A DNA stretch of 63,973 bases, the filler included, from Reticulomyxa filosa (taxonomy: Eukaryota > Protista > Foraminifera): assembly GCA_000512085.1 (NCBI GenBank). It is 25 parts of 25 records of this genome, joined end to end, with 100 filler letters (N's around TTAATTAATTAA, not from the genome) between each part and the next. Parts side by side here need not be neighbours in the genome. Positions count along the whole stretch, not along the records: positions 1 to 1,027 come from ASPP01012529.1; positions 1,128 to 2,631 come from ASPP01001581.1; positions 2,732 to 6,392 come from ASPP01020779.1; positions 6,493 to 9,825 come from ASPP01005836.1; positions 9,926 to 13,192 come from ASPP01006200.1; 20 more parts are not named here. One strand, 5' to 3'. The notes beneath the pieces were generated by a model. The model saw only the letters and a program-made list of their open reading frames with translations. It had not been told where the DNA came from and made no database searches. This document shows positions 1 through 12,354 of the stretch, in pieces. How positions within the stretch are numbered: the stretch's first letter is position 1; each line of letters opens with the position of its first letter. The position numbers and the translations under genes are program-made.

Positions 1-662
1 CCCGCCTGCTTCAGGAGGGTCTTGCCGGTCACCCAGGGTTCCCCACAGCGTGATGCCGCATGAAGGATACGAATCGCCGAACGCTGGATCTCGCCCGTGA
101 AAAGGTACGGCTCGCCGTTCAACGATACCTGCGAGTAGTCCGGTGAATGCCAGAAGCGTCCCGGCGGCCCTTGTCGTACGAGTTGCCCTGCCGCCTCGTG
201 AGTACGCGCCTCGCACTGCATGTGGTCGGCGCGGCCCGCCTTCTCCAACGTCTGCCCGATCAGGCCGATCACGTCCTGACCCTGCGTACCGAGCGGCTTC
301 ACGATGAACTCGTCGATGCCGTGCCTGTACGCGCCGATGATGTTGAACGGCTCCTTGCCGTGCCCGCTGACGACGATCACCGGCAGCAGGTGCGTGCCCT
401 CCGCGCCATGCACCGGGAAGCGCTGACGAATCTCGCGCAGCAACGACATGCCTGATTCGACACGGGGCTTGATCGACTGGCTGTCGGCCTTGATCTGCAG
501 GTCGAGCAGCACGTAGCAGAAGCCGCCCTGGTCAAGGCACGCCCGGGCGTCGGCCAGCGTCTCGACATGAATGTGACCGTGGCCGAACGATCGCAGCAGA
601 TCGGCGATCTCGGCGGCCATCTCCGGCTCGTCCTCGACGATGAGTGCGGTATGGTATGGCAT
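1..662 (-). CDS. Bacterial response regulator (receiver domain plus C-terminal output region), 3'-truncated by the window edge; absent from the ORF track
   Basis: Manual translation from ATG at 662: MPYHTALIVEDEPEMAAEIADLLRSFG...YVLLDLQI...LPVIVVSGHG...GIDEFIVKP. It shows the receiver acidic pair (ED), the phospho-Asp (LLD), the S/T switch and the KP motif. The start overlaps the kinase stop (TGATG). Confidence 0.9.
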   Translation of the reverse strand, partial: MPYHTALIVEDEPEMAAEIADLLRSFGHGHIHVETLADARACLDQGGFCYVLLDLQIKADSQSIKPRVESGMSLLREIRQRFPVHGAEGTHLLPVIVVSGHGKEPFNIIGAYRHGIDEFIVKPLGTQGQDVIGLIGQTLEKAGRADHMQCEARTHEAAGQLVRQGPPGRFWHSPDYSQVSLNGEPYLFTGEIQRSAIRILHAASRCGEPWVTGKTLLKQA

Positions 663-1027
663 CACGAAGCCTGTTCCTCGCAGATCGCCTGATCGACGGG
701 CAGCACGAGTGTCACGACGGTGCCTGCGCCCATGTGGCTATCGATCGACAGCGTTCCGTGGTGGTCGATCTCGATGATCTTCTTGGCGAGCGGCAGGCCG
801 AAGCCCATGCCGCCTGGCTTGCCGGAGCTATAGAGAAGGACGCAGTCGCGGAGCGCCTCCTCGCTCATGCCACAGCCGTTGTCGCCGATGGTGATCCGCA
901 CATGCGTCTCGCCCTCGGCGGCGGCTGAGATGGTCAGCATCGCCTGACGGCCCAGGTGGACACAGGACTCGACAGCGTTGACCACGATATTGATGAGCGC
1001 CTGCAGGAGACGCGACCGGTTGGCGTC
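662..1027 (-). CDS. Bacterial sensor histidine kinase, C-terminal HATPase_c domain (5'-truncated)
   Basis: N box (LINIVVNAVES), G1 box (IGDNGCGM), G2 box (GGMGFGL), and a typical terminal GTVVTLVLP strand. High-GC, intron-less. Confidence 0.93.
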   Translation of the reverse strand, partial: DANRSRLLQALINIVVNAVESCVHLGRQAMLTISAAAEGETHVRITIGDNGCGMSEEALRDCVLLYSSGKPGGMGFGLPLAKKIIEIDHHGTLSIDSHMGAGTVVTLVLPVDQAICEEQAS

Positions 1028-1127
1028 NNNNNNNNNNNNNNNNNNNNNNNNNNNNNNNNNNNNNNNNNNNNTTAATTAATTAANNNNNNNNNNNNNNNNN
1101 NNNNNNNNNNNNNNNNNNNNNNNNNNN
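1028..1127. other. Artificial contig spacer N44-TTAATTAATTAA-N44 (first of 24)
   Basis: The same 100-nt spacer starts at 1028, 2632, 6393, 9826, 13193, 16420, 17557, 19199, 20609, 22408, 23508, 30354, 32376, 37725, 40492, 42293, 44974, 46079, 51035, 52295, 56955, 60176, 61672 and 62874. TTAATTAATTAA gives stops in all six frames. Confidence 0.99.
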
Positions 1128-1622
1128 TACCTGTTTGTCATGATATCAAACCATTCAATAGATATGCATATATGTGTATCAACGATGTTATCTTGTTCTT
1201 TGGTGGAATTAGTGATGTTGTTTCAAAATCAGTGCACAAGTATTCAATTCGAGAAAACAAATGGATGACATTTCAAAACACTTTACCCAGTCCACTATGG
1301 AATTGTGTTGCAATATTGAATGAAGAAGATAATGATATACATATCATTGGAGGACTCGATGATAAAAATATAAAAGTATCAACTCATATGAAGACAAAAG
1401 TGCGTGTATGGGATCCTTCACAGTTGGTAATGATTTACTTATTTATTTTGATGAACACAAATAGATTATGTTACATAAAACTGACTAACAAATAATAATA
1501 ATGAACAGTCAAAAAAGGAAATGAAGTTTATTATTCAATATTGGACTCAAGCTTCAAAAATAAAATTAGGATGGATCGATGATTTTGATCAAATTATTAT
1601 GAAATACAGTGGAATGAAATAA
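1128..1622 (+). CDS. Kelch-repeat protein, 3' part; intron 1427-1508; last exon encodes the KIKLGWI module
   Basis: Kelch blades ILFFGG...VHKYSIRENKW...LPSPL...IHIIGG. After a GT..AG phase-0 intron, exon 1509-1622 reads SKKEMKFIIQYWTQASKIKLGWIDDFDQIIMKYSGMK*. Confidence 0.8.
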
Positions 1623-2414
1623 AGTTTAACATATAGATATAATTGATTTTTGAATAAGAAATATCTATAAATTAAGTCATCATTAAATATATTTTTGTAA
1701 ATTTTTTTAAAAAATTACTAATTTGAGTATGTTCAAAAAAATATTATTAAAAAGACAAAAATAGTTATAAATATCTTTTTTTGCAAATTCTTTGGTTTCA
1801 ATGAAATAAATTATATTCGTGATAAGACTTGGCTCGACATTATATTATAGTTGTTGGCATTTTTATTGCGATAATACTTTCTCTTTCATTTCCTTAAATT
1901 TACCATTTTGATTTTAGTCTTTCGAAATTTTTTCAAAAAATTTAATTTTTTTTATTAACCTCTTTTTGCAAATTTAAGCCGCAAAGCGTTTTGTGATTAT
2001 AAAGAAAAAAATGTCACTTTTTATAAACGAAAAAACATCAAAATATCTAACATTTAAACTTGTAAAACTTTTAATTAAATGCTTATTGTTTCAAATACAA
2101 TTACATCAAACCGTTTTTATTAAAACAGAATGATCATTGCAAAACATGGCACAAAAAGAAAATTCAAAAAAAAAACTTTCGCAAGGTATTTTTCAAAAAT
2201 GCTTAAAAATTGTCAAATTTCATGACTACGAGAAAAACATGATTGTCAAAAATTTCAAAAAATCAAATGAAAGATTCAAATTTTTGGAAAAATTTCGAAA
2301 GATAAAAAACTAAAACGATATTTAAAAACTACACAATTCGTAGATATTTTTTTCAATAAAAAGAGTTATTCAAATAAGAAAACTCAGTGAATGAAACTAA
2401 TGATAATAACAAGA

Positions 2415-2631
2415 CTGTGATTGGTGGAAATGGATATACAATTTGTTCTGGATCATGGGATAATACCATTCGAATATGGGATATTGAAACAACAAAACAA
2501 TTGAATGTATTCAAAAGATATGAAGGTGTATTAAAAGTATAAAATATGGATCAAATGAATTAATGAATACAATATTATTCGGATCATCTGATAAAAGTGT
2601 TTGTTTGTGGGATATTCGATCTGGTGAACAA
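2415..2631 (+). pseudogene. WD40-repeat gene fragment, degenerate
   Basis: VIGGNGYTICSGSWDNTIRIWDIETTKQLNVFK, followed by frame disruptions. Closely resembles 58950-59170. No upstream exons in this contig. Confidence 0.8.
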
Positions 2632-3072
2632 NNNNNNNNNNNNNNNNNNNNNNNNNNNNNNNNNNNNNNNNNNNNTTAATTAATTAANNNNNNNNNNNNN
2701 NNNNNNNNNNNNNNNNNNNNNNNNNNNNNNNCTGTTCACTCTATTGAACGTAAATCGTTTTTTTCGTATTTTAGCAACACTCTTATGGCTCAATGTTAGA
2801 AAACTAGTTTTTTATGGCCCAAATATATTTGTGTGCCATCTAATTTGATCTTTTGCTGTGTGATTTTGCATTGCTTCTCTTATACAAACTCAAATTTCAT
2901 ATCACGTTTAACAAAAATTCCTATCATGAGACGATGGATTCACAAAATATTGAAGTTGGGACTTTTCAAATTAGAAAGCAAAATAAAAATGCTTTGGTGA
3001 GCATAAACAGGAGTTTACATAAGCAGCAACGCCCAAAGTAAAGAAGGGCGAATAAGGTTTTTTTTACAACTC

Positions 3073-3833
3073 ATGGCTTCAAATTTTTGGCTTTTGGTAT
3101 TTTGTGGCATCTGTTTGTTACTTCCATTTGCTCAAGGATATTGCTATGGCACGTGCAGCGACTGCGATTATTATACAGGTCAATGTCAATATGGCTACAA
3201 CTGTTCCACTGGCGTTGGATATACTTGTCTAGTTTGTGAGCAGATTGACTGTTACTCGTGCGAATGCCAAGATTCCACTTACAGTCCGACATCAAGCATA
3301 GATGTGATCATTGTCGTTGCCATAGTCGCCAGTTGTTTTTTGGTGTTTATCACTTGCGTTTGCTGTTGTTGTCGAGTTGAATACTCCGAATATGCCAAAA
3401 CAAATGACACCCCACAAATATACGCATATACGTGTACACATATATAAGTATATGTACATACGCACATATTGAATATCAAATCGGATTGAGATGCATCAGA
3501 ATGCTCAAACAAAACAAAACAAAAAAGTGTGCTCAAAGAGCAAGTAGCCGGTATAAATACAATGAGCATCAACCACTGCGTGTATATACAACTCAACAGA
3601 ACTTTCAAACAAGAGTAGACTACCATCAGCCCTCTAGACCAGTGATGTATCAGCCTCAATCTGTTTATAAAGACCCACTGCTGCAGCAATCCTTCGCAAA
3701 TCCTCCACCTTATAACCCTCAATATTACGTGCAAACACAAAATACGAATACCACTTGGCTTGACTCATGCGAAGGTTCAAATCCACCGCCAATGGCGTTC
3801 AATCCTGAAATCTACCAACTCGAGGGCCAATAA
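3073..3833 (+). CDS. Single-pass membrane protein: signal peptide, Cys-rich ectodomain, TM helix, Cys cluster, Pro/Gln/Tyr-rich tail with a PPPY motif (Shisa/WBP1-like layout); predicted intron 3376-3527
   Basis: ORFs 3073+ and 3432+ join in phase 0 (CCCCR|CAQR) through GT..AG. The tail contains NPPPYNP. Confidence 0.6.
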
Positions 3834-4187
3834 ACTTTTTTTTTTTTACCTTTTTACAATAAATTTTTAGAATATACTTATTGTGGCTTTAACAACGTCT
3901 AAAAAAATGTGGAAAAACAAGCGAATGGAACGAAACGAATAAACAATGTTTGTCTGTGTTTTTCCACACCAATTTTTAAATGGATTACTTTCGTTGACTT
4001 TACTATAAACAACACATTTTTTTGGAGAACGAGTGGAAAAAAAAAAAACAATTAATAAAATTAAAGATGAAGCCTATTTTTTAAAAAAGAAAAGGCAAAG
4101 TCTAAAAATGTGTAGCCCCCAACGAGAGGCTTTTCTTAATTCGCCCTCTCTTGGCTTTTTTTGCAACAGCAGAGACAAAAGAAAAAA

Positions 4188-5252
4188 ATGGCAAATACCA
4201 TGGAAAAAAACAAGGGAAGAAAAATGTTGCGTGATCTTAGTATATTAGTCTACGCCTTGTACCAGGACTGTGGTTTCGAACACATAACCGACGACATAGT
4301 GAATCTAGTGATTTTTTTTTACGGTCTGAACATAGTGCAATTTACAAAGCACAGATTGTGTCAAACAGCGGAGTTAATAGACAACAGTACAGTGTCATTT
4401 CAGGCGTTAGGTAGACTTCAAATCCAGGAATTGTTTGGCCCGTATCAACGTGACAAGAATAGTAACCAGGACATTTTTGCAAGAGGTATGTTTTTTTTGA
4501 AAAAAAAAAAAAATTTTTGAAACAAAAGGGGGCAAAAAAAATTTATGAAAAAAAAAAAAGTGGCAGTAGCATCCTATGGACTGAATAAAAATGAAATGAG
4601 GAAGTTTGATGAACAAGAAACAGTGAGTTGTGATTTCATAATTCACTATTCACATTATTGTTATTGTATGATTGGTTTTTTGGATATGGACACATTTGAG
4701 CAGCTGAAGCATGATGATTTTTTTATGCATCGATTCGAACACGCTTCAAAAGCTACGACAACTAAGCATTGGGGTGGTCACTGATCGCGATATATTCTAT
4801 TATGACAAGCGTCAGTTGCAATCTTTGCTCAATCCTTTTCCTTTCTCTTCTTTGTCTTCGACTTCTGTTAGTTCTTTTGATCTCTTTGTTGAGGCTCAGT
4901 GTTGGTTTGCCGTCACTCCATCGTCCCCTTTGCAAAGTCTTCCTCGCAAAAAAATCGTCGCAACAAATGCAACGAAAACTTACTCAAACCAAATGCTACT
5001 ATTACGCTGCACGTCGATACTAAGCACAACATGCTTCATGTGTCCTTGGTCAACGTCGATGCATTCGATACTCTCGTCAATGCCTCCAATCTTGTCACGT
5101 ACTCCTGTCAACATGCTTTCAAGTTTGCTCATCTTCCTCAATATATTATCCCTTTTGTCGCTATTGGCCCAACTACCATCGGATGCTGTGCCAAAGTCTC
5201 CATTTCCGTACCCGGATCATTGGATACGGAGAACAAAAGAAAAATCTTTTAA
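4188..5252 (+). CDS. Probable SPRY/B30.2-like protein with an N-terminal helical motif; intron 4486-4560; two apparent frameshifts
   Basis: N-terminal ILVYALYQ...ITDDIVNLVIFFY. C-terminal ITLHVDTKHNMLHVSL...AFKFAHLPQYIIPFVAI resembles the last SPRY strands. Frame changes fall near short homopolymers (~4770, ~4930). Confidence 0.45.
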
Positions 5253-5565
5253 ATCTTTTCTCTTCTCTATCTCTTAATTCACTGTTTATTGCTTTTCATT
5301 AGTTCCTTTTCTTGCATATTCGTGAAACAAATATGACTGTCCTGTTTGTTTTTGTTTGTTTTTTTCTTGATTATTCGAACACATTTTTTTTTCAGTTTAT
5401 AAAATTTTAAAACAACAGAGCATTTAATATTTTTTTTAATTCTCAAAAAAAAAAAATTTAAAATGCTTCCAATAATAAAAATAATTCGTCAAATTAAAAG
5501 ATCAAGCGTTGACATTTTTAAAAAAAATCAAAAGAAGAAAAGCACGAAATTCACTCTATTTCCTC

Positions 5566-6330
5566 ATGTTCCATGTTAAAATAAGTGAAACGACCACGTG
5601 GATTTTGTTTATTTTTAATCTCATTTTAAGTATATTTGCAACATGGGGGGCCGGTTACTTTTCACGTCATCTGTCCAAGCATGTAGAAAAGAAGTGGTTT
5701 GTCAAAAGGTGTGATTCTTTGGAAAGAAAGTGGGGAAGGGAGAGTGAAAGGAATATGCAAAGAGAGGAGAGAACCTAAACCTGCATAAAGTAAAGTTGTA
5801 AGCGTATGCATCAACGACAGGAAAAAAAAAACGTATTTACCTTATCGCAATATGCATGGCTATATATATATCTCCTTTTATAAACATGAAACTAGGTACG
5901 GCAATGAACTTTTATTGATGGGACGGGTTTTAACAATCTGTGGAATTGGAACGATTTTGACGACAGCAATGGATACATTTCCGCCATTTTTGGATGAAGA
6001 CGGATGGACGACAAGACCATCACGATTAACAAAAGAATGGTGGTTTAAGGCATTGGATATCCTGGATATACTGTTCGTGTCTCCATTGATAATAATTGCC
6101 GAAGCTTTGCTGCTGTACCGTGTATGGCTGGGGTACTTTCACATTAAGTATACGTACCAAGTCTCGTTGAACTCGTACCATTCCATTATCGATCCGCAAA
6201 GTTATGCGTCAAGCAACAGTTTTTTCGTGAGAGAGTTCAAAAGATTTGGCAACGCACACTACTTAAAGTGGAAGTTTGTGGTGGTATTTGGGGTGTTGGC
6301 GGTGTTCCGATTTATCACAGTTACTTTGGG
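5566..6330 (+). CDS. Multi-pass membrane protein (GPCR/7TM-like), 3'-truncated; intron ~5709-5895
   Basis: Four hydrophobic helices across ORFs 5509+ and 5852+, joined WFVKR|YGNE by GT..AG. Confidence 0.5.
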
Positions 6331-6492
6331 GTATGCACCAACTTTTTTAAAAAAAAAAAAAAAAAAAATTGAAAAAAAAAAAAAAAAAAAAANNNNNNNN
6401 NNNNNNNNNNNNNNNNNNNNNNNNNNNNNNNNNNNNTTAATTAATTAANNNNNNNNNNNNNNNNNNNNNNNNNNNNNNNNNNNNNNNNNNNN

Positions 6493-6528
<36 letters not shown>

Positions 6529-6579
6529 AAATAAAATAAATCAATATATTATTTGTTTATCTGTTTTGTAAAAAAAAAA

Positions 6580-7020
6580 ATGCAAATAGAAATGGCACAA
6601 AAAAAGAAAACGGAAACAAGCACGTCCTTTGCTGCGGGAACGGTACCGAGTTTGAGGAACTTGGCTGCTGTTGCTTCATCTGCACCTACTCGAAATGAAG
6701 GTTGTTTTTTTAAATCTTTTTTTTCAACTTTGAAATTTATTTATTTTTTTCTTTTTTGGGAAAAAAAAAAAGAAATAGAAGAACCACCAATATCTCCTTT
6801 GCACGTAAAGTACAATGAATTGTCAGTGTCATTTTCATCGCAGTATTTTCTTATGGATTTATTCGAACGCTGTGGCGAAGTCTTGGATTTCATCTTTCTG
6901 GATTTTGAAAACATTACTACTGCAACGCATTATCGCAATCTGCTTGGACACAAACATGAAAGTGCAAACAGTGCAGGAGGAAGTGTCCCTGTTGATAGTA
7001 ATGAAAATAAAACTAATAAA

Positions 7021-7055
<35 letters not shown>

Positions 7056-8744
7056 TAATAATAATAATAATACAACAATGAGTAATAATGATGTACCAAT
7101 GAATGAAACCAATCTCCCTCCACCAATCCAAATGCTTGTATTATATCAAAAAGATCCAACATGGAGTGGACGTGTCCCTGTCAAGTACAAAAATATCGGG
7201 GTGATGGGCATTGTGCTAAACGTGATGACAAACACGTGGCAAGTGCTATTCGATCTTCCCAACTATCTACCATATGAGTTTTTCAAGTTGGTCCCCGTCC
7301 CTGGGTTTTTGAAGTCGAGCTACAACGTGCACGTATTGAACTCGGATATTAATCCCATTTTATCGCACCAAAAGCAAGGCTTGGGAGGGGCATTCATTGT
7401 GTCTCCGCACGCTCTGCTGCATTTTAATGAGCGAAGCGTAGACTTTGGCATCAGCTTGAACGAGCATGGAGACGATTACATTGCCGACTTCCCAGTCATT
7501 CGCAAATGGACTGAAAAGTTGACATCATTGGAAGAATGTCCGATTACACCATTGCTAACGCATCCCGATCATTTCCTACTTTCGGATGGACATGGCAATA
7601 TTTATCTACTGTCATTAGAGCATCGTCGTATGGACATGACGTGGGTCGCACATGCGTCAATCATGACTTGTATCACCACTTTGAATCAAGGATATGTATT
7701 CTTTGGCAGTCGATTGGGAGACTCCTTGTTATTGCGTTGTCAAACCAAGTCTTGTGATACTTTATTATCATCATCATCACTACAGCTACAGTCAACAACA
7801 ATGATGATGGTGGGTCTTAATGATACTGCAAATACAAACACAAATACAAATACAAATGCAATTGAAAATCAAACACTTGTAACAACACAAACGATTAAAA
7901 CTGAAGACGCAGACATGAAAAACAATACGTCAATTGACTTGTTTCGATCATTGTTTTTAAGTGACGCCACTGTTGGGAAGAAAAGAAACCTATCCGAAAT
8001 GACTGCTATTGATATCACTACAACACTTTCTCATGGTTGATCTCTATCTCTTTTTATTTTTATTTTTATTTTTAAAAATTGAATCAATATTATTTGTCTG
8101 TTTGTTTGTTTTGGATAGTGCAGGATGGTAAAGCGATTGATCACCATTCGACATCGGAGTTGCACACGAAGCGACGCCGTGTTGTGAAATCCACGAAAGA
8201 CGAGGAGGAGGAGGAGGAGGAGGAGGGGGGGAAGGAACACGACAGCGCCACTTGGCAGTCGTTTGTCGATATGACTGGTATCGAGTGCTGGCAAGAACGC
8301 AAGTGGCTATTATCCCCAGAGGAAAAGGATTTGAATCGGAGTCAGTACGCACAATATGCCAACGCCGAACACAAGCTGAAACAAACGTATACATTTGACG
8401 CAGCCGATGTTGTCAGGTCTTGCGCTCCTATCACTGCAATTACATCTGCCATTGAGTGTGTATGTATTATATATCAATTATTTATGTACAAAAATTCAAA
8501 CAATAAATACATAAATAAATAAGTAAATATATAAATATATATATGTACATATATACATATACATACATATATGTATGTATATAGGATCCAAGATATGATC
8601 GAATGCGTTTTGTAAATTTTTTTGCTGCAAATGGATATGGACTGAGTTCCAGAATATCAGTAATTCAAAGTGGAATAAGGCCACAGATTTTGACAGAATC
8701 AGATCGAATTCCAATTTGCATGTTTCGTTGCACTTGTGATACAA

Positions 8745-8777
<33 letters not shown>

Positions 8778-9768
8778 GGTTTTTTGTTTTGCTTGTTTAA
8801 TCTAGTGTGGTGGATTGTTACTATTTACGACGACATACAAAATTAGTGGCTGCTGGGCAGTGAAGACAAAGCGACACGGTAACAGCACACATGCGAACAA
8901 CAACGAAACGGAAGGTGTTCTAGTCGCCTCGTCGTGTAGGGAAACGTTGTTGTACTCATTGTCGGCACCCATGGCTCCTCTATTCCAACAGCACAGACAT
9001 GCGACGGGCAAAGCGCACTCAGACGCGTGTGGGTTTCGCTGCGACGTAAGGACGCTGCAGTGCTGCAACCTTTGGAACAAAGCAAAGGCTGTTGAGCGTA
9101 TCTTGCAGATACACGAGTACGGCGTGCGAATCATCGACTACAATGTCGATCTTATGTTCCCTTTACTATTCGAACATGAAATTAAAGAAGAGGATACCAA
9201 TGAAAACGTCGAAGAAGAAGAAGAAGAAGAAGAAGAGGAAGGGGAAGAAGAAAATGGGCAAGAGGAAGCAAATGAGCAAGAGGAAGCAAATGAGCAAGAG
9301 GAAGCAAATGAGCGCAGACACGAACGCGAAAGTGATGTAGATGACCTCGACGATATGCGCGCAATCTTCGAAGAAGAACAACAACAACCAAACTTTGTAA
9401 AGGGACAAAACGAAGAACACGGAAAAGATGAACGTGATAACAAAATCATTGATAATAATAATAATAATAATAATAATGAAGATACTGTTGCCAATGGAAA
9501 TGCGAACAAGATAGAAGATATGAATGTGGATAAGAATAAACATGTCAATGCAGCTATAACGAGTGACAATGATAGAGGACATCGAACGATAGACGCGGAG
9601 ACCACCAAGCCAGCCAAAGTCAGGAAGCGTCGCATTCGAATTGAAGAGGCTCACGTGGTGGATCCTTATGTTCTCATTCGGTTGTCGAACGATCAAGTCC
9701 AAGTGTTAATTTATCGCCACCATTTCGATGACTTTTATGTTCATCCTTTGCTATTGCAAGACAAACAG
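6580..9768 (+). CDS. CPSF1: Cleavage and polyadenylation specificity factor subunit 1 (CPSF160), internal multi-exon fragment with poly-Asn/poly-Glu insertions
   Basis: VLDFIFL, MLVLYQKDPTWSGRV, LPYEFFKLVPVP, GGAFIV..ALLHFN, GYVFFGSRLGDSLLL and GYGLSSRISVIQSGIRP match CPSF160 motifs in order. Confidence 0.88.
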
Positions 9769-10714
9769 GTTTTTTTTTTTGTTTTTTTTTTTTTAATTAA
9801 CATCATACATACATATACACACACANNNNNNNNNNNNNNNNNNNNNNNNNNNNNNNNNNNNNNNNNNNNTTAATTAATTAANNNNNNNNNNNNNNNNNNN
9901 NNNNNNNNNNNNNNNNNNNNNNNNNTTAGCTAAAAAATAAAAAAAAATTACAAAAATTAACAGAGCACAATATTAATGTTGTAAAAAATGATAAAAATGT
10001 TTTAATTGACAAAAAATTATAGAAAAAAATGAAATGCATTTTAAAACGTTAATGATATCGATTGTATTTTTAGAACTGCTTTTTAAAAATATCTACGAAT
10101 CTTCATGTTCTGTTGAAACTTATCTTTAATTTTTTGTATATAAAATTGTAGAAAAAAAAATAAAAATCTGTTCAACACTCCTTTGTGGAGTCAATATAAG
10201 GAGCAAGCTTGTAGTTCGATTATATTCGTGTTGTTATGAACATGCGAAAGAATTCGCTCCATCATAAAAAACTCCAAAATCAATCCTTTTACCCACAAAA
10301 AAGACAACAACATAAAAAAAAAAATTGAAAAAGAAGCTTACATCAAAGAACATGAAACAAGATTGGTAAAAAAAAACCAGTGCGAAGAACATACGAAAGT
10401 TATCATAAAAATCAGAGCACATTATCAAGAAACAAAAATTATGTCTCGCAACTTTTTCCACAATTTGAAAAAACAATCAATATAATAATAACAAAAAACC
10501 AAATATAAAACAGTACTCTGTTTTCCATCAAGTAATGTTTTTTTAAAAAATTCTTGTTTCTCCCTTCCTTTTGTTTTTATAAATTCCTCCCCTTATATAA
10601 CATTATAGAGGATTGAGCGAAAAGGAAAACACTTTTTTAGTCCAATTTTTTTTAAAAAAAGCAAATGTACACGTAGTACATCCCCCCCCTCCAAGGAAAA
10701 AAAAGAAAAGGTGT

Positions 10715-12354
10715 TTACGCAAAAATTCGGACAATATAATCCCAACTGCCGGTAGACAAAGCGTAACCAGCAGGATGGACACGAAGACAAGGAGCTCGAA
10801 TTGGGTGTTCAAGCGAAAATTCCTTTTCTGCGGCGAGTGTATTCCAGGCGACACAAAATGGCTCTTCATCATAAGCAGCAAACAAAGTGGAACCACTCTT
10901 AGTAAAGTCCAAGTCCGCCACAACCGATCCTACTTTATTTTTGAGGTCATCATATTGATTGATTTGCCTTCGTGACCCAACATCCCACAGACGAATGGTC
11001 GAGTCATCAGAACCCGATGCAATACAACTACCACTTGGAAAGTATCGTACGCTATTTTTATCAATTATTTTTTTTGGATTCGGATATATTTCACATATCA
11101 ACAAAATGACAACATATATAAAAACAGAAGAGAGAGAGGCCAATTTTTTAATGCAATGACATAACACATTGACGTCTGAAGAATGAGCACGAAAAGTTTG
11201 AATGCATTTGTTTGTACGCAAATCCCATAATCGCACCGTGGCATCAGTACTTCCAGTTGCAAAGACATTTTGGTCCAAAGGATTCAAATCCACACTCATC
11301 ACATCGCCTATTGCATTTCATATTTCATAACATATAAAATAAACCTTCAAAATTTTTTTTTTTTGCAAGCTGTGAAGAAAGGGGGGAGAGGAGGTGGGGA
11401 AAAAAAAGGGGGGGACACAATAGTTTTTTTCTATCGACCGTTTTCCAACATTTTTTAAAAATTTTTTTCATTCTCTCTTCTTTTTATTTTCGTTAAAGTA
11501 GTTGGTTTACCCGATTTGTATGCGTGTTATGTAAAAAAAAAAAAATGTACCTGTATGATCTTTGAAGATTTCCAAGGGATGTTTTGAATTTAAATCCCAC
11601 AAAATAATTGTGGAATCTCCACTGGTGGTGAGTATTTTGTTATCATTAATGAATCGGTTGTCGGACACGTAGGCTTCATGTTGTCTCAACTCGACCGACG
11701 GTGTTCTCGTATCCCATCCAACGCTTTCGTCAGTTATGTGAAATACACTACACACATTATCCAATCCACCACTTGCAATGTAATGACCACTGGGGGCATA
11801 ATCCAATGCCATCACCCATCCTGTGTGCAATGATATTGCCAATCTTTTGTTCGTCGTTCGAGAATTCCACAACTAAAAATTTTTTTTTTTTAAATTTAAA
11901 AAAAAAAAATTCTTACGTATACTTTTTTTTTTCTTCTTAAATCCAATTTTTTTTAATTAAAAAAAAAAATTAACAATAATTTTGCCATCTTGTGAAGCGG
12001 ACACCAAATGTGTCCCATCATTACTCCATGCGAGACCATAGATCTTGCCAAAGTGTCCTTTCAACATCTTCCTTTGTCGCAACAACGGAGGAACTGGAAC
12101 AGTTGCCGAAGTGTTTGATTCACTGAATATCCGGCTCAATGCGCGTGCATCTTTTTTTAATCAAAAAAAAAAACAAAGGAGGGGGAGGGCTAAATAACTT
12201 TTTAGGTTGACTAGTTTTTTTTTTATCTTCCAGTACCTTTGGCCAATTTCGTCTTTAATGTTTCTTGCAATGTCTTGATCTGTTCCTCACATTCAGTACA
12301 TTCTTCCTCGAATTTGGATGATTCCTTGGCTCTTGAACCGAGTAATTTATCCAT
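10715..12354 (-). CDS. GNB: Heterotrimeric G-protein beta subunit, 5 exons (approx. 12354-12237, 12150-11975, 11872-11551, 11307-11167, 11051-10715)
   Basis: N-terminal coiled coil; LKGHFGKIYGLAWS..LVSASQDGKII; WVMALDYAPSG..ASGGLDNVCSVF; TSGDSTIILWDL; ALSTGSWDYIVRIF. Confidence 0.95.

Noticed and set aside
147-928. Plus-strand ORFs 147-455 and 644-928 and minus ORF 377-568
   Set aside because: Shadow frames of the kinase and regulator genes in high-GC DNA.
6815-9702. Many poly-Ile/Leu/Phe/Ser ORFs overlapping CPSF1 (similar ones overlap other genes)
   Set aside because: Alternate-frame or antisense readings of AAT/GAA microsatellites within the real coding sequence.
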